64,000 nt of DNA from Octopus sinensis (taxonomy: Eukaryota), in contig NC_043017.1 of the NCBI RefSeq assembly GCF_006345805.1, forward strand, positions 25,296,001-25,360,000. The letters are read 5' to 3'. Position 1 is the stretch's first letter. Each line of letters opens with the position of its first letter. Shown here piece by piece: positions 48,821 through 61,124 of the stretch. The notes beneath the pieces are model-generated. The model made no database searches and was not told where the DNA came from. It was given only the letters and a program-made list of their open reading frames with translations. Both the position numbers and the translations under genes were made by a program.

Positions 48821-49646
48821 TACATATATATACACACACACACACACATACATATATATACACATGCATGCATACACATTTATATGTAGATGTGTGTGTT
48901 TTGTCTATGTGTGTATGTTTGCTGCCGCGTGTGTAATGATTTCGTGGATAAATTGCCTAGTTTGGAAGCTTAATTTCAATTTCCAGTAATTTTTTTTTCT
49001 CTTCCATTGCTTTATCATGCAAAAAGCCGAGGAAGAAAGGGAAGGAAGGAAGGAAGGAAGAAATAAATAAATAAAAGAAAGAACAAAAAAAATAGGCGAA
49101 ATAAAAGAATAAGACAGACAGACAGGAATGAAAGCAAGAAAGAAGGAGTGAATGAAGCCAAGACCAAATTCCTTCCACCCACTTATCACCACATCCTCAG
49201 AACAAGCATTTTTCCAGTTGAAAATTTGAATACTCTTACCATATAATAGCTCATTGGTTGATTAAACTCTGGTATCAATAACTTTTTACTTTGTCATAGA
49301 CCTGACTAGTAACTAACTGATCATTGATGATAACGATGATGGTGACGATGACGACGACGACGGTGATGGTGGTGGTGGTGGTGGTGTTGGTGGTGGGTGT
49401 TATTTGCTGGTTGTTGTGTTAGGACTACCATTGAGAATGTAAATAAATAAATAAATAAATAAATAAATTAAGTGGAAATAAATTGAATTAAAATGTATTT
49501 CAAGAAGCAAAAATATATAATGATAACACATGAGGAATAATACTAATAAACAGTATTGTTGGTTGGAGCGCGAGGTAAAAATGTTATGATGAAGTGGGAT
49601 TTTTAGAGACAACACGATAATAATGTGAATGCTACAGTAAATTAAC

Positions 49647-49685
<39 letters not shown>

Positions 49686-49709
49686 CATGATAATAATCAT
49701 AATCATCAT

Positions 49710-50275
49710 TGTTTAACGTCCATTTTCCATGCTGGTATGGGTTGGACGGTTTGACTGAGGTCTAGGAAGCCAGGAGGTTGCACCAGGCTCCAATCTGATC
49801 CCGTGATGTTTCTGCAGCTGGGTGCCCTTCCTAATGCCAACCACTCCGAGAGTGTAGTGGGTGCTTTTTACGTGCCACCAGCACGGGAGCCAGTCAGGGG
49901 GCCACTGGCATTGACTACATTCAGATGTGCTTTTTATGTGCCACTGGCATGCGAGCCAATCAGAGGGTACTGGCATCAACCACGTTCAGATGGTGCTTTT
50001 ACATGCCATTGGTATGAGAGCCAGTCAGGCGAACCTGGCATCGACCACGTTCGGATAATTCTTTTAATGTGTCACCAGCACGGGAGCCAGTCAGGGGGCA
50101 CTGGCATCAACCACATTCAGATGGTGCTTTTTATGTGCCACCGGCACGGGGAGCCAATCAGAGGTTACTGGCATCAACCACGTTCAGAGGATGCTTTTTA
50201 TGTGCCCCCGGCATGGGAGCCAGTCAGGTGGCACTGGCATCGACCATGTTCGGATGGTGCTTTTTACATGTCGGT
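49710..50275 (-). mobile_element. RTE-LINE 3' UTR (family D) with ~7 tandem ~60-bp internal repeats
   Basis: Repeated gtgcttttta(c/t)gtgccac..gcacgggagcca.tcag...ctggcatc.accac.ttc.gatg. Confidence 0.8.
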
Positions 50276-50578
50276 CACAAGGACCCAAGACATGGAGGAC
50301 AATATTGAAGGATGAGTTATAGTACACACACACACACACAAAAAATAATAAGTAATAATCTTTTCTACTTAAGGCACAAGGTATGAAATTTTTTTTTTGC
50401 GGGAGACTAGTTGATTACTTTGATCCCAGTGTTTCACTGGTACTTAATTTATTGACCCTGAAAGGTTGAAAGGCAAAATTGATGTCGGCAGAATTTGAAC
50501 TCAGAACATAGAGACAGACGAAATGTTGGTAGACATTTTGTCTGGCATGCTAATGATTCTGTTAGCTCACTACCTTAA

Positions 50579-50795
50579 CCCTTTAGTGTTCAGATAATTC
50601 AATCAAACAATGCTTATTGATTCCCATTGATTTGGATTAATCATGCATTATCTCATATCTTCAAGATCTTGATTGTGTAATTACCTAATGTAGAATAACA
50701 TTGTAGGGTAGGTGTGAGAGCCTGGATCTGGTCAGTTTGAACATAAAACAGATTAACTATTTTGGCTGGATATGGCCGGTTTAAATACTAAAGGG
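50579..50795 (-). mobile_element. piggyBac-like MITE
   Basis: ttaa|ccctttag...ctaaaggg|ttaa; opposite orientation to 59500-59719. Confidence 0.8.
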
Positions 50796-51311
50796 TTAAT
50801 AGTAATATTAGCAATTCATTCAGATTTTCGTACAAAGCTTGCAATTTTAAAGGGACGTGTGTTAAGTTGATTTTATTGATCCAGTGTTCTACTGGTACCT
50901 TATTTTATCGACACTGTCCCCTAAAAATAAAGAAAAAGGACAAAAGATAGAATTGACCTCTGTGGAATTTGAACTTGTAACATGAAGAGTTGGAACTAAT
51001 AGTGCTAAGCGTTTTGGTTTGTGTGCTAACAATTCTGCCAACTTGCCATTCAAATGATGATGATGGAATTTGAGGTGGTGGGGTGGGGGGGAGAAGAAAC
51101 AACAAAACAAAGACAATATAATAAAAAATGATATAACAAAGCAAATTGAATATCGATGATGATGATGTTGATGATGGTAATTTGAAAGAATTAAAAAGAA
51201 CAAATAAACAGACAAAAAAAAACTATTTGGCTCCAAAGAAGGAAATAGTAAAAGATTATATCTTGTAATAAAGGTATATAACATTTTGTTCTGTCTCTAT
51301 ATATAAATACT

Positions 51312-51371
<60 letters not shown>

Positions 51372-53437
51372 TATATATACATACACATATATACACACAT
51401 GTATACATAGCTATATATATACATACACACACATACATATATATATATATATACACACACACACACGTATGCATCTCTATATATACATGTACACACATAC
51501 ATACATATATATACACACATGTATACATATCTTTATATATATATATATACATACACACACATACAATATACACATACATATACATATCTGATACACACAC
51601 ACACGTATACATCTATATATATATATATACATACACACACACATAAATACACAAATGTATACATACCTATATCTACATACATTTTCACACACACACACAC
51701 AGACACACACACAAACATTGTTTATTGGTTCTTCTCAATCATTTTTTTTACTCGGAGTTTTTATTTTCATGTTGTATTTTCTTATTTTTGGTGGTGATGG
51801 TGGGGACAGGGGGTGGGTTCTGTGAGGTGGGGTGGGGGAAAGAATCACTGGTGAAGAACTTATGTAGATTTTTTATGCTTCCTCTACAGAAGTAAAAAGA
51901 AAATTAAAAAAAAAAAAACCGAAAAAAAATCAACAACAACAACAACCCCAAAAGAAATGTCTTTAAATTTGACGTATCTTGGTTGACGGAATTTCAAGTT
52001 AACCTTCCTCGTAAAACTTTCGTCAATTACATTACGAGAACACGAAATGATTCCGTTTTCTATCTCTCTCCCTTTCTTTTCCCCTCTCTCTCTTTCTTTC
52101 TTTTTTTCTTTCTTTCTTTCGTCTGTTTGTCTATATACACATTTATTTATGTGTTTTGTTTTTTGAAAATGTTTGTTTTAAATCTTAGGGTCTTTTATTA
52201 TTCTCATCCAGGAGAGGTGAAGTGTACATCATATAGCAGCGGAACGTGAAGGTGGGAAGCAAACATGACCCATATAACACACACACACACATACACACAC
52301 ACATACACACACACACACACAAATACAGAATCAAACATGCATATATATTTATACCTGTATGTATGTATGTATGTATGTATTTATCTGTCTGTCTTTCTAT
52401 CCATATATTATTATATGAGCTTGTTGCTCTTGTATTTTGTTCTCAACGTGCCACCATTGGTGAAACTTGGCAGGAATTCATAATAAAAATTTATGTGTAT
52501 GTCATAATATATATATATATATATATATGTGATGTATGTATATATACTCACACACATATATATACATATGATGTATGTAATGATGTATATATATATGATG
52601 TATGTTAGATGATGTATGTATGTATATATTATATATATATATATATATAAGAAATTAAATATAGATATTATGATGATATATATATATATATAAGAAATTA
52701 ATATAGATATATATGATGTATATATATATATATTATATATAGCAGCATGGGAAATGGACGTTAAATGATGGTGATGTTGTATTTACTCATCAGCATTGTT
52801 TAAGTTTTCCTTCGTAATACCAACCACGTCTTTTTTGATGGCAACACATTAGTAAGGGGATCCAGCGTAGATACTATGCCAAAACAGACAACTGGAGATC
52901 TGGACACGCTCCGGCTGGCCAGCTCCTGTCAAACTGTCCAACCCATGCCAGCATTGAAAACAGACATGAAACGATTATGATGATGATTATATATATATAT
53001 ACATGATCTTCATGTAGATAGATGAGTCTTAGAGTTTCGTTTTAAAAGCATCATGATTTGTGCACTTAGGATAAAGAAGTCTGAATATCAGTGATGTATT
53101 AAAAATGTGTCTACAAAATATATTTTGATAGATGCATGGTTAAGAAATTCATTTTTCAACCATGCAGTTTTGGGTTCAGTCCCACTGCATGGCACCTTGG
53201 GTAATCCTCTTCTACCATAACTCTGGCTGGCCAAAGCTTTGAGAGTCGATTTAATAAATGGAAAATGAGAGAAATACGTCTTAATGTATATATTAACGAT
53301 TTATTGGATTCCAACTGCATAAGACCCTACAATACACACCTACATTTGGTTTACTAAGTATCTTTTAACCTGGTCACTAAAGGAGCTTTTTTTGATTACC
53401 ATTGAATTATATAAATCCATATATTATATATTATATA

Positions 53438-54068
53438 CAGGGTTGGCCTGGAGGTGCAATGGCCCAGTGGTTAGGGCAGTGGACTCGCGGTTATAGGATC
53501 ATGGTTTTGACACCCAGACCAGGCATTGTGAGTGTTTATTGAGCGAAAACACCTAAAGCTGCACGAGGCTCCTGCAGGGGGTGGTGGCAAACCCTGCTGT
53601 ACTCTTTCACCACAACTTTCTCTCACTCTTACTTCCTGTTTCTGTTGTACCTGTATTTCAAAGGGACCATCCTTGTCACACTCTGTGTCACGCTGAATCT
53701 CCCCGAGAACTACATTAAGGGTACAAGGGTACACATATCTGTGGAGTGCTCAGCCACTTGCACCTCAATTTCACGAGCTGGCTGTTCTGTCGAATGGATC
53801 AACTGGAACCTTTATCATAACCGACAGGGAGCCACGACAGGGTTGGCCAAAAGTCACCTGACAGTAAATCAAAAGCATTTATTTCCAAAACTATTTAGGT
53901 TTAAAAACTGAATGAATTTAATAAAAGCATCTAAATATGAACCTCATGAACATTGTTCAAACTGAGGTCCTTCTTGAGTGATACATTTTTCCATTCGAGT
54001 CAATACAGAATTACAGATAGTATTTATGGAATTTTGATTTACTGTCGGGTGGCTTTTGGCAAACCCTG
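53438..54068. mobile_element. Tc1/mariner-type MITE (~231 bp, TA-flanked) interrupted at its left TIR by a SINE
   Basis: TA at 53436 and 54069. TIR cagggttggccaaaagtcacctgacagtaaatcaaaa has its inverted match at 54032-54068. Confidence 0.85.
53449..53836 (+). mobile_element. Full-length SINE family C, tail type 2, delimited by a 12-bp TSD
   Basis: acagggttggcc at 53437-53448 and 53837-53848. Confidence 0.88.
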
Positions 54069-54169
54069 TATGTGTGTGTGTGTGGTTTTGTTTGTGTCTC
54101 CTTGTCTTGACATTGCATAACTGTTGTAAGCAAGTATCACCATCAGACAAGCAATGTTTATTTGTTACC

Positions 54170-54560
54170 AGGCACAGGAGTGGTTGTGTGGTAAGTATCT
54201 TGCTTACCAACCACATGGTTCCGGGTTCAGTCCCACTGCATGGCACCTTGGGCAAGTATCTTCTACTATAGCCTTGGGCTGACCAAAGCCTTGTGAGTAG
54301 ATTTAGTAGACGGAAACTGAAAGAAGCCCCTCGTATATATGTATGTGTGTGTATATGTTTGTGTTTCTGTGTTTGTCCCCTGACATTGCTTGACAACTGA
54401 TGGTGGTGTGTTTATGTCCCCGTAACTTAGCGGTTCGGCAAAAGTGACCGATAGAATAAGTACTAGGCTTACAAAGAATAAGTCCTGGGGTCGATTTCCT
54501 CTACTAAAGGCGGTGCTCCAGCATGGCCGCACTCAAATGACTGAAACAAGTAAAAGAGTA
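54170..54560 (+). mobile_element. SINE family B
   Basis: Full head to aaaagagta tail. Confidence 0.85.
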
Positions 54561-54974
54561 ATCTTCCATAAAAACATGTCTGGGCAAAGGGGAAATGTTA
54601 CTTTGCCAAGAAACACTTCATTTCATGTTACTTCAGTCCACTCAGCTGACAAAAATAAATATTCTTGTGATGGACCAGCTTCCCATCCAGAGGGAAATAT
54701 CACCACCATCACCACTACCACCACCACCACCACCACCACCACCATCACCATCCTTTAACGTCCATTTGCATGGGTTGGCATGGGTGGGATGGTTTGACTA
54801 GGGCTGGCAAATTCGGGAGTTGCCCCAGGTTTCAAACTCATTTGGCTTGGTTTCTAAGGCTGGATGAATGCCTAATGCCAACCACTTTACAAAGTGTGCT
54901 GGGTGCATGGCACATGGCACTGGCACACATGTGCCATGGAATCCAGGTAACTGGCCCTATGAGTCTATATGGTC

Positions 54975-55310
54975 GGGAAGGAAAGGAAGCACTCCCTTTG
55001 GTCATGAATGACCATGGGATTGCACCTAGAAAGTTCCCCTCCGAGATACAGGTCCAGGCAAGGTTGTTTATGGAAAACCAGTTGTCTCCCATGCATACCA
55101 GTCTGCCGTCCCATGCCATTATGTTACCCAAGGTGGACATAGCTTGGAACCAGTGACGTCGCTACTCAATTCTACAGCTGAGTGAACCAGTGCAACATGA
55201 AATTAAGTATCTTGCTCAAGAACACAACACACAGCCTGGTCCAGGAATTGAACTCAATACCTCATGATTGTGAGTTCAATACTCTAACCAGCGAGTCACG
55301 CACCTTCATT
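54975..55310 (-). mobile_element. SINE family C variant (tail type 3)
   Basis: Reverse copy: tRNA-like head at 55310; 3' part shared with 5295-5395 and 5810-5925. Confidence 0.7.
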
Positions 55311-55630
55311 TAAGTTAAGTTAATTTTTTGGCTCAAAAAGCAAAAAGCAAGGCCATGTAGAGCGACATGGAGTTATGTACAGGGAGGGTGTTCATGTAAA
55401 GAGTTCAGGCCATTTCTGGTCAAGAGAGACTTTGAACCAAGCGGTCGTCGGCATCTTCACTATCTTGTCCGGCAGTTTATTCCACGGATCCGCAACCCGG
55501 ATGGAGAAAGCCCCTCTCCTTCAATTGAGATGAAATCGTCGCAGATAGAGCTTTTTGGAGTGACCCCGCAGTCGACGCAGTGAAGAACAGCTCTTTTGAG
55601 AGGTTACACTTTCCGCTTGGAAGGAGCTTA
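55310..55630 (-). mobile_element. CR1-clade LINE 3' end
   Basis: The minus strand gives SGKCNLSKELFFT..LRGHSKKLYLRRFHLN*RRGAFSIRVADPWNKLPDKIV..FKVSLDQKW, the CR1 RGH..KL...FFS.RV..WN.LP signature. (TTAAC)-like tail. Confidence 0.8.
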
Positions 55631-56249
55631 GAAGCAGGTGAATGTTGGCAACAGGAAAGGCATCTGGCTGTATAATCTAACCCATGATAACATACAAGAA
55701 GTAGAGTTAAATAACGATCATGATCATGCAGATAGAGCTTTTTGGAGTGACCCCGCAGTCGACGCTCTGGAGCAGGAGTGAAGAACAGCTCTTTCGAGAG
55801 GTTACACTTTCCGCTTGGAAGGAGCTTGGAAGCAGGTGAAGGTTGGCAACAGGAAAGGCATCTGCCGTATAATCTGACCCATGATAACATGCAAGAAGTA
55901 GATGTTAAAATAACGATCATGATCATGCACACACACACATGTGGGAACACATGTCAGGGGATATCATTTGCATATGTTGTATGCAGATTTTGTTCTTCTT
56001 CTTCACCGTCTCAAAGCATTTTATTACCACATTCTTACTCATGAACACACTCTTGAAGGATCACAACTAGAGACTTTTGCATATTAAGAAGTGATGTTAA
56101 ATTTCAATTTAACTGCCATTTATTTACCATGTTCCATAATTCTTTGACTTGCTCTGCTTCTCTAATCCATAGCAAGGAATTCTGATTATCAGCGTTGCCA
56201 TTTATTCTTGTTGTTGTTGTTGTTAATGTTTTTCGTTTTGAAACTACTT

Positions 56250-56270
56250 TTTGTGTGTGTGTGTGTGTGT

Positions 56271-56354
<84 letters not shown>

Positions 56355-56866
56355 ACACACACATATAAATATATATATAAATACACACACACACATGCAC
56401 ACACATAGAAACTGTAAAATCATATATTATATTTTGTTCTTCATATATGTATATATGTGGTGTACATATATTATATATATATTTGTGTGTATATATATTG
56501 TTTGTGGTGTGTTTAATATATATATATTTGTGTGTGGGATTACATAGATGTTTGTGTATATATATATATGTTTGTGTGTGTATATATTATATATAGTTTG
56601 TGTGTGTATTATATTATATATGTTTGTGTTATGTATATATATATATATATATGTGGTGTGTATGGTATATATATATATGTTTGTGTATGTATATATATAT
56701 ATGTTTGTGTATGTAATATATATATGTTTGTGTATGTATATATATATATATGTTTGTGTATGTATATATATATATAATAATTGTTTGTGTATGTATATAT
56801 ATATATATACACACATATACACATGCACAAATATATGCACACACTAATTCACCACATACACATGTC

Positions 56867-56909
<43 letters not shown>

Positions 56910-56915
56910 ATATTT
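56250..56915. repeat. (TA)n/(TG)n composite microsatellite
   Basis: Direct reading. Confidence 0.95.
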
Positions 56916-57101
56916 GGTATTCAGCGGTAGCTTTCTTTTACACTTTAAGATGAATTGAAATAATCTGACAAGCTGTGTGACTTAAGGAAAATTCTTCAAA
57001 CTCCCCCCCCCCAACAATTCTCTCTTCCTTCCTTTTTCTTTCTTTCTTTCTTTGTTTATTTCTTTCATTTATTTTATGTCATGCTTTTGCATACTCTTCA
57101 G

Positions 57102-57230
57102 GTTCGAACTATAGCGAGAAATGTGATGTGTTCAGTTGGGGAATCATTTTATGGGAAATATTCACACGTCGGAAACCTTTCGATGAAATGGGTGGACCAG
57201 CCTTTCGTATAATGTGGGCCGTACACCAAG
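57102..57230 (+). CDS. MAP3K7: MAP3K7/TAK1 internal exon (129 bp): [43 protein letters not shown]
   Basis: cttcag|GTTCGA...CCAAG|gtaaaa. Matches TAK1 [38 protein letters not shown]. Phase 1 in and out. Confidence 0.97.
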
Positions 57231-58058
57231 GTAAAAATTTCTATTCCATCTTTTTTTCTTTCTTTCTTTCTTTCTAATTTTTTTTTTTTTTGGTGTTTCA
57301 AAAAAATTTTTTTTTTTTCAAGAATTTGTATTTTTATTTCGTTTCTGTTGCTTGCTTCGTTTTATTTATTTTCTTTTGTTATTACCAATATTGTTTTTTT
57401 TTTTTGCTTGTTTTCCATTCCTCGTCATTCCTATATATTTCACAGTCTCTTCAATGGTTACAGATGTGCATGTGTATTTGTCAAGCGAATAAAAGACACC
57501 TCTCTGCATCGAGAATATCAAGAATACCCACCTTTTGTTTCTGTCACAAACCAGCATCTAAAACGAAGAAGAGGAAGAAGAAGAAGAAGAGCATGACCAT
57601 TCTTCTTCTTCTCCCCCTCTTCCTCCTTTTCATTTCATTGACTTCTTATTATTTAAATTTAAAAAAAAAAAATTTAAAAGAAAAAAGATTTTATTTGTTC
57701 CATTTGCTTCATTTCTCTCTTTTGTGCTGTATGATTCATTTTGACAAGTTTCTCGCAGACATCACCATCACCATCATCATCATCATCATCATCATTATTA
57801 ATAGTAGTAGTGGTTATAGCAGTATCATCATTATCATCATCGTCCCTTCCATTATGAGGACAGCCACCACCTCCACCACCACAACTGCCATGGCCGTCAC
57901 CATCACCACCACACCACCACCACCACTGCCACGCCACCGCCGCTGCCGCCTCAATTCTTTTGGCTTTTGCTCACTTTTCTTAACTTGTATAAAGTCAGAT
58001 TTATTTCTGTGAATTGTAAAGACACTGATCCTTCACTGGATTCAAAGGATTCTTTATT

Positions 58059-58123
<65 letters not shown>

Positions 58124-58494
58124 CATCATTATATTTGTTTGTTTATTTTATTTTATTTTGTTTTGTTCATTGTTTGTTTAGTGAATAACCTCTGGCTTCC
58201 TCTAGAAATTTCCAATCTTTTCTTTGTTGCAACATGTGACGCTTCATATAATTACTTATAAATGGGCCATCATCATCATCATTGGCAGAAAAAAAAGAAG
58301 AGGAAGTTCCTTTTTCAATTTGTTCTGGCTCTTTTCAGTCTGAGTTCAAAGTCTGCCAAGGTTGATTTTTTGCCTATCATCCTTTCAGGGTTGACAAAAT
58401 AAGTACCAGTTGAGCACCAAAGTTGATATAACCCACTAGCCCCTTCCTCCAAAATTTCTGGCATTGTGTCCCTGGTAGAAAGGATTATTATTAA

Positions 58495-58526
<32 letters not shown>

Positions 58527-58527
<1 letters not shown>

Positions 58528-58740
58528 GGCAGTGAACTGGCAGAATTGTTAACACGCGGGGTGAAATGCTTAGCGGTATTTCATCTGTCATCACGTTCTG
58601 AGTTCAAATGCCACTGGGTTCGGCTTTGCCTTTCATCCTTTCGGGGTTATTAAAATAAGTACCAGTGAAACACTGAGGTTGATGTAATCGACTAGTTCCT
58701 TCCCCTCAAATTTCAGGCCTTGTGCCTATAGTAGAAAGGA
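58527..58740 (+). mobile_element. SINE family A variant
   Basis: ggcagtgaactggcagaattg head, gagttcaaatgcc B box. Confidence 0.75.
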
Positions 58741-59499
58741 TCATCATTCTTCTTCTTCTTCTTCTTCTCTTCTTCTTCTTCTTCTTCTTCTTCTTCTTCT
58801 CTTCTTCTTCTTCTCCTCCTCCTCCTCCTCCTCCTCCTCCTCCTCCTCCTCCTCATTATTATTCTATGTTTGACTTTTGCTTTACATTTGTACAAGTTGG
58901 CTCCAAGTCTCACCTAGAGACCTCAAGAGACAACAAGTTGGAAGTTCATGTTGGTGTTATGCCTAGGGTGCCATATATTTGGTTTTGTACTTAGTGTTGT
59001 ACTAGTGAATGTCTAAAAAAAACCATACGAAAATTATGTTTGTTTTAAAACTTGAGATTACATAGAAAGTATTTTGCGTAGGATATGGGCAGTTCCCATG
59101 AGCACTATCTTTTGAATTTCTGCCATTTTTTATCATTCCTTATTATTATTATTATTATGGCTGTGAGCTGGTAGAATTGTTAGTATGCCAGGCAAAATGC
59201 TCAGCGGCATTTTGACTGTCACCATGTTCTGAGTTCAAATTCCGCCGAAGCCAGCTTTGCCTTTCATCCCTTTCGGGGTCGATAAAAAAATGTACCAGTC
59301 AAGCCATAGGGTCAGTGTTGTCAATTAACCTACTTCATTGAAAATTTGACTTGACAGGTTTCACGGATATTCTCCTTCAATCTTATAGTACAGATCACAG
59401 AAGAAACTCAAGTGAGTGGACAAGGGTTATATTTTTTTGATTCTCAAGATATTAATTTTGGTATAGTCAAAAATTACAGAGTTGGAATCACATAGTTAA

Positions 59500-59916
59500 C
59501 CCTTTAGCATTCAAACTGGCCATATCCGGCCAAAATATTTAACCTGTTTTATATTGAAACTGACCAGCTCTCGCCTCTCACCTCAGCCCTACCATGTCAT
59601 TCTAAAACTCAAAAATAGCATCACTGAAATCTCTAAACTACAAGATAATGCATGATTAATTCAAAACAATATAAATAAACAAATATCACATTTGACAGAA
59701 TAATCTGAACACTAAAGGGTTAACCCATTAGCATATCTGACCAAAATATTCTAACTGTTTTATGTTCAAACTGGTCAGATTTCACCTCTCACACCTACCC
59801 TACAATGTCATTCTAGAAATAAACAATCACATCATTGAAATCTCAAAGATAGAAGATAATTCAGGATTGATTCATAACAGCATTGCATTTGACAGAGGAA
59901 TCTGAATGCTAAAGGG
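59500..59916 (+). mobile_element. Two head-to-tail piggyBac-like MITEs sharing a central TTAA
   Basis: ttaa at 59496, 59720 and 59917; each unit is CCC(T/A)TTAG...CTAAAGGG. Confidence 0.85.
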
Positions 59917-59979
59917 TTAAAAATGGTTCTTGTGATGTAAATAGTAGTAAAATATCTTCAATAAATACTCACTGAACCG

Positions 59980-60300
59980 TATTTAACCAGAATTTGAGAA
60001 TGTCTTCGGAAGAGACTAGAATGGATTCAGGAAAAAGCAATGTACTTGAGTCACAAGAGTCCTTGAGGAAGTCAGAGCCAAAATTCTTGAGGTTGTTTTA
60101 CTGATTATAGGCGTCTCAAAAGCTTTTGATCCGCTCCATTAAGTAAATTCTTCTTACATACATGAGAAGAAGTGACACCTGTGATGATGCTCCTACAAAG
60201 GATACAGTAATTGAAGTATGATCACCTGGTAGACGCATCAACTTTGACATCAGTGTAGGCATCTTGCAAGGTGATACATTTGCACTGTTCTAATTGTGAA
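59980..60300 (+). mobile_element. Degenerate RTE-clade reverse-transcriptase fragment
   Basis: Frameshifted NGFR, TRVLEEVRAKILEVVLL, SKAFDPLH and FDISVGILQGDTFALF resemble RT motifs SKAFDSIH and GVLQGDTLAP. Confidence 0.7.
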
Positions 60301-60340
60301 AGTGCAGGCCAAGTGGTTCTAAAGTTCAAAGGTCGTGAAG

Positions 60341-60830
60341 CATGACCTTTGAACTTTAGGTCTCACCGAGGAAATGACCAGAGACCGAGACCTTTGGAAG
60401 TATGCTGTGTGTGGGAAGACCTGGCAGGACAAGTGAGACCATAACCCATGGCCTCTACCTGGGATGTAGCCAGCCCACTTATGCATACCTTTCCTTCTTG
60501 TGATACAAACCCTACTTGTGAAGACCTGTTGAGGCAAGTGAAAATCAAAATTGAAATCGATCAACATCAATGGAAATTGTAGCTGTGATAACTGTGCCGG
60601 TAGCACATAAGAGAACCATCCAAACGTGGCCATTGCCAGTGCCGCCCCGACTGACCTCCGTGCCGGTGGCACATAAAAAGCACCATCTGATTGTGGCCGT
60701 TGCCAGCTTCGTCTGGCACCTGTGCAGGTGGCACGTAAAAAGCACCCACTACACTCACGGAGTGGTTGGTGTTTGGAAGGGCATCCAGCTGATGCTAAAT
60801 GATGATGATGATGACGATGATGATGTTTAC
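60341..60830 (+). mobile_element. RTE LINE ORF end plus complete family D 3' UTR
   Basis: HDL*TLGLTEEMTRDRDLWKYAVCGKTWQDK* followed by gtggcac.taaaaagcacc repeats, the gaagggcatccagctg core and (gat)n. Confidence 0.8.
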
Positions 60831-60854
60831 AGTTGTAAGATTGATTCCTGGTGA

Positions 60855-61110
60855 CACATTGTGTTCTTGAGCAAGACACTTTATTTCACTTTGCTTCAGT
60901 CCATTCAGCTGGCTAAAATGAGTTGTAGCTGTTTTTCAAAGAGCCAGCCTTGTCACATTCTGTGCCGTCTGGAATCTTCCTGAAAATTACATTAAGGGTA
61001 CATGTGTCTGTGGAATGTTCAGCCACTTACATGTTAATTTCAAGAACTGGCTGTTCTGTTGATCGGATCAACTGAAAACCCTCATCATTGTAACTGACAG
61101 AACGCTGGTT
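60855..61110 (+). mobile_element. SINE family C tail type 2, partial
   Basis: cttgtcacattctgtg...acattaagggtac...ggatcaactg, homologous to 53670-53836. Confidence 0.7.
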
Positions 61111-61124
61111 CTAATTTATCTGTT

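Noticed and set aside
52212-52251. Possible poison cassette exon (catccag|GAGAGG...GAAG|gtggga) adding EVKCTSYSSGT*
   Set aside because: The donor is weak and such AG/GT pairs are expected by chance in 23 kb; it would need RNA-seq junction reads.
53449-53525. tRNA genes at SINE heads (also 2961, 14767, 30628)
   Set aside because: A and B boxes are present, but each head runs into a SINE body and acceptor-stem pairing is not evident.
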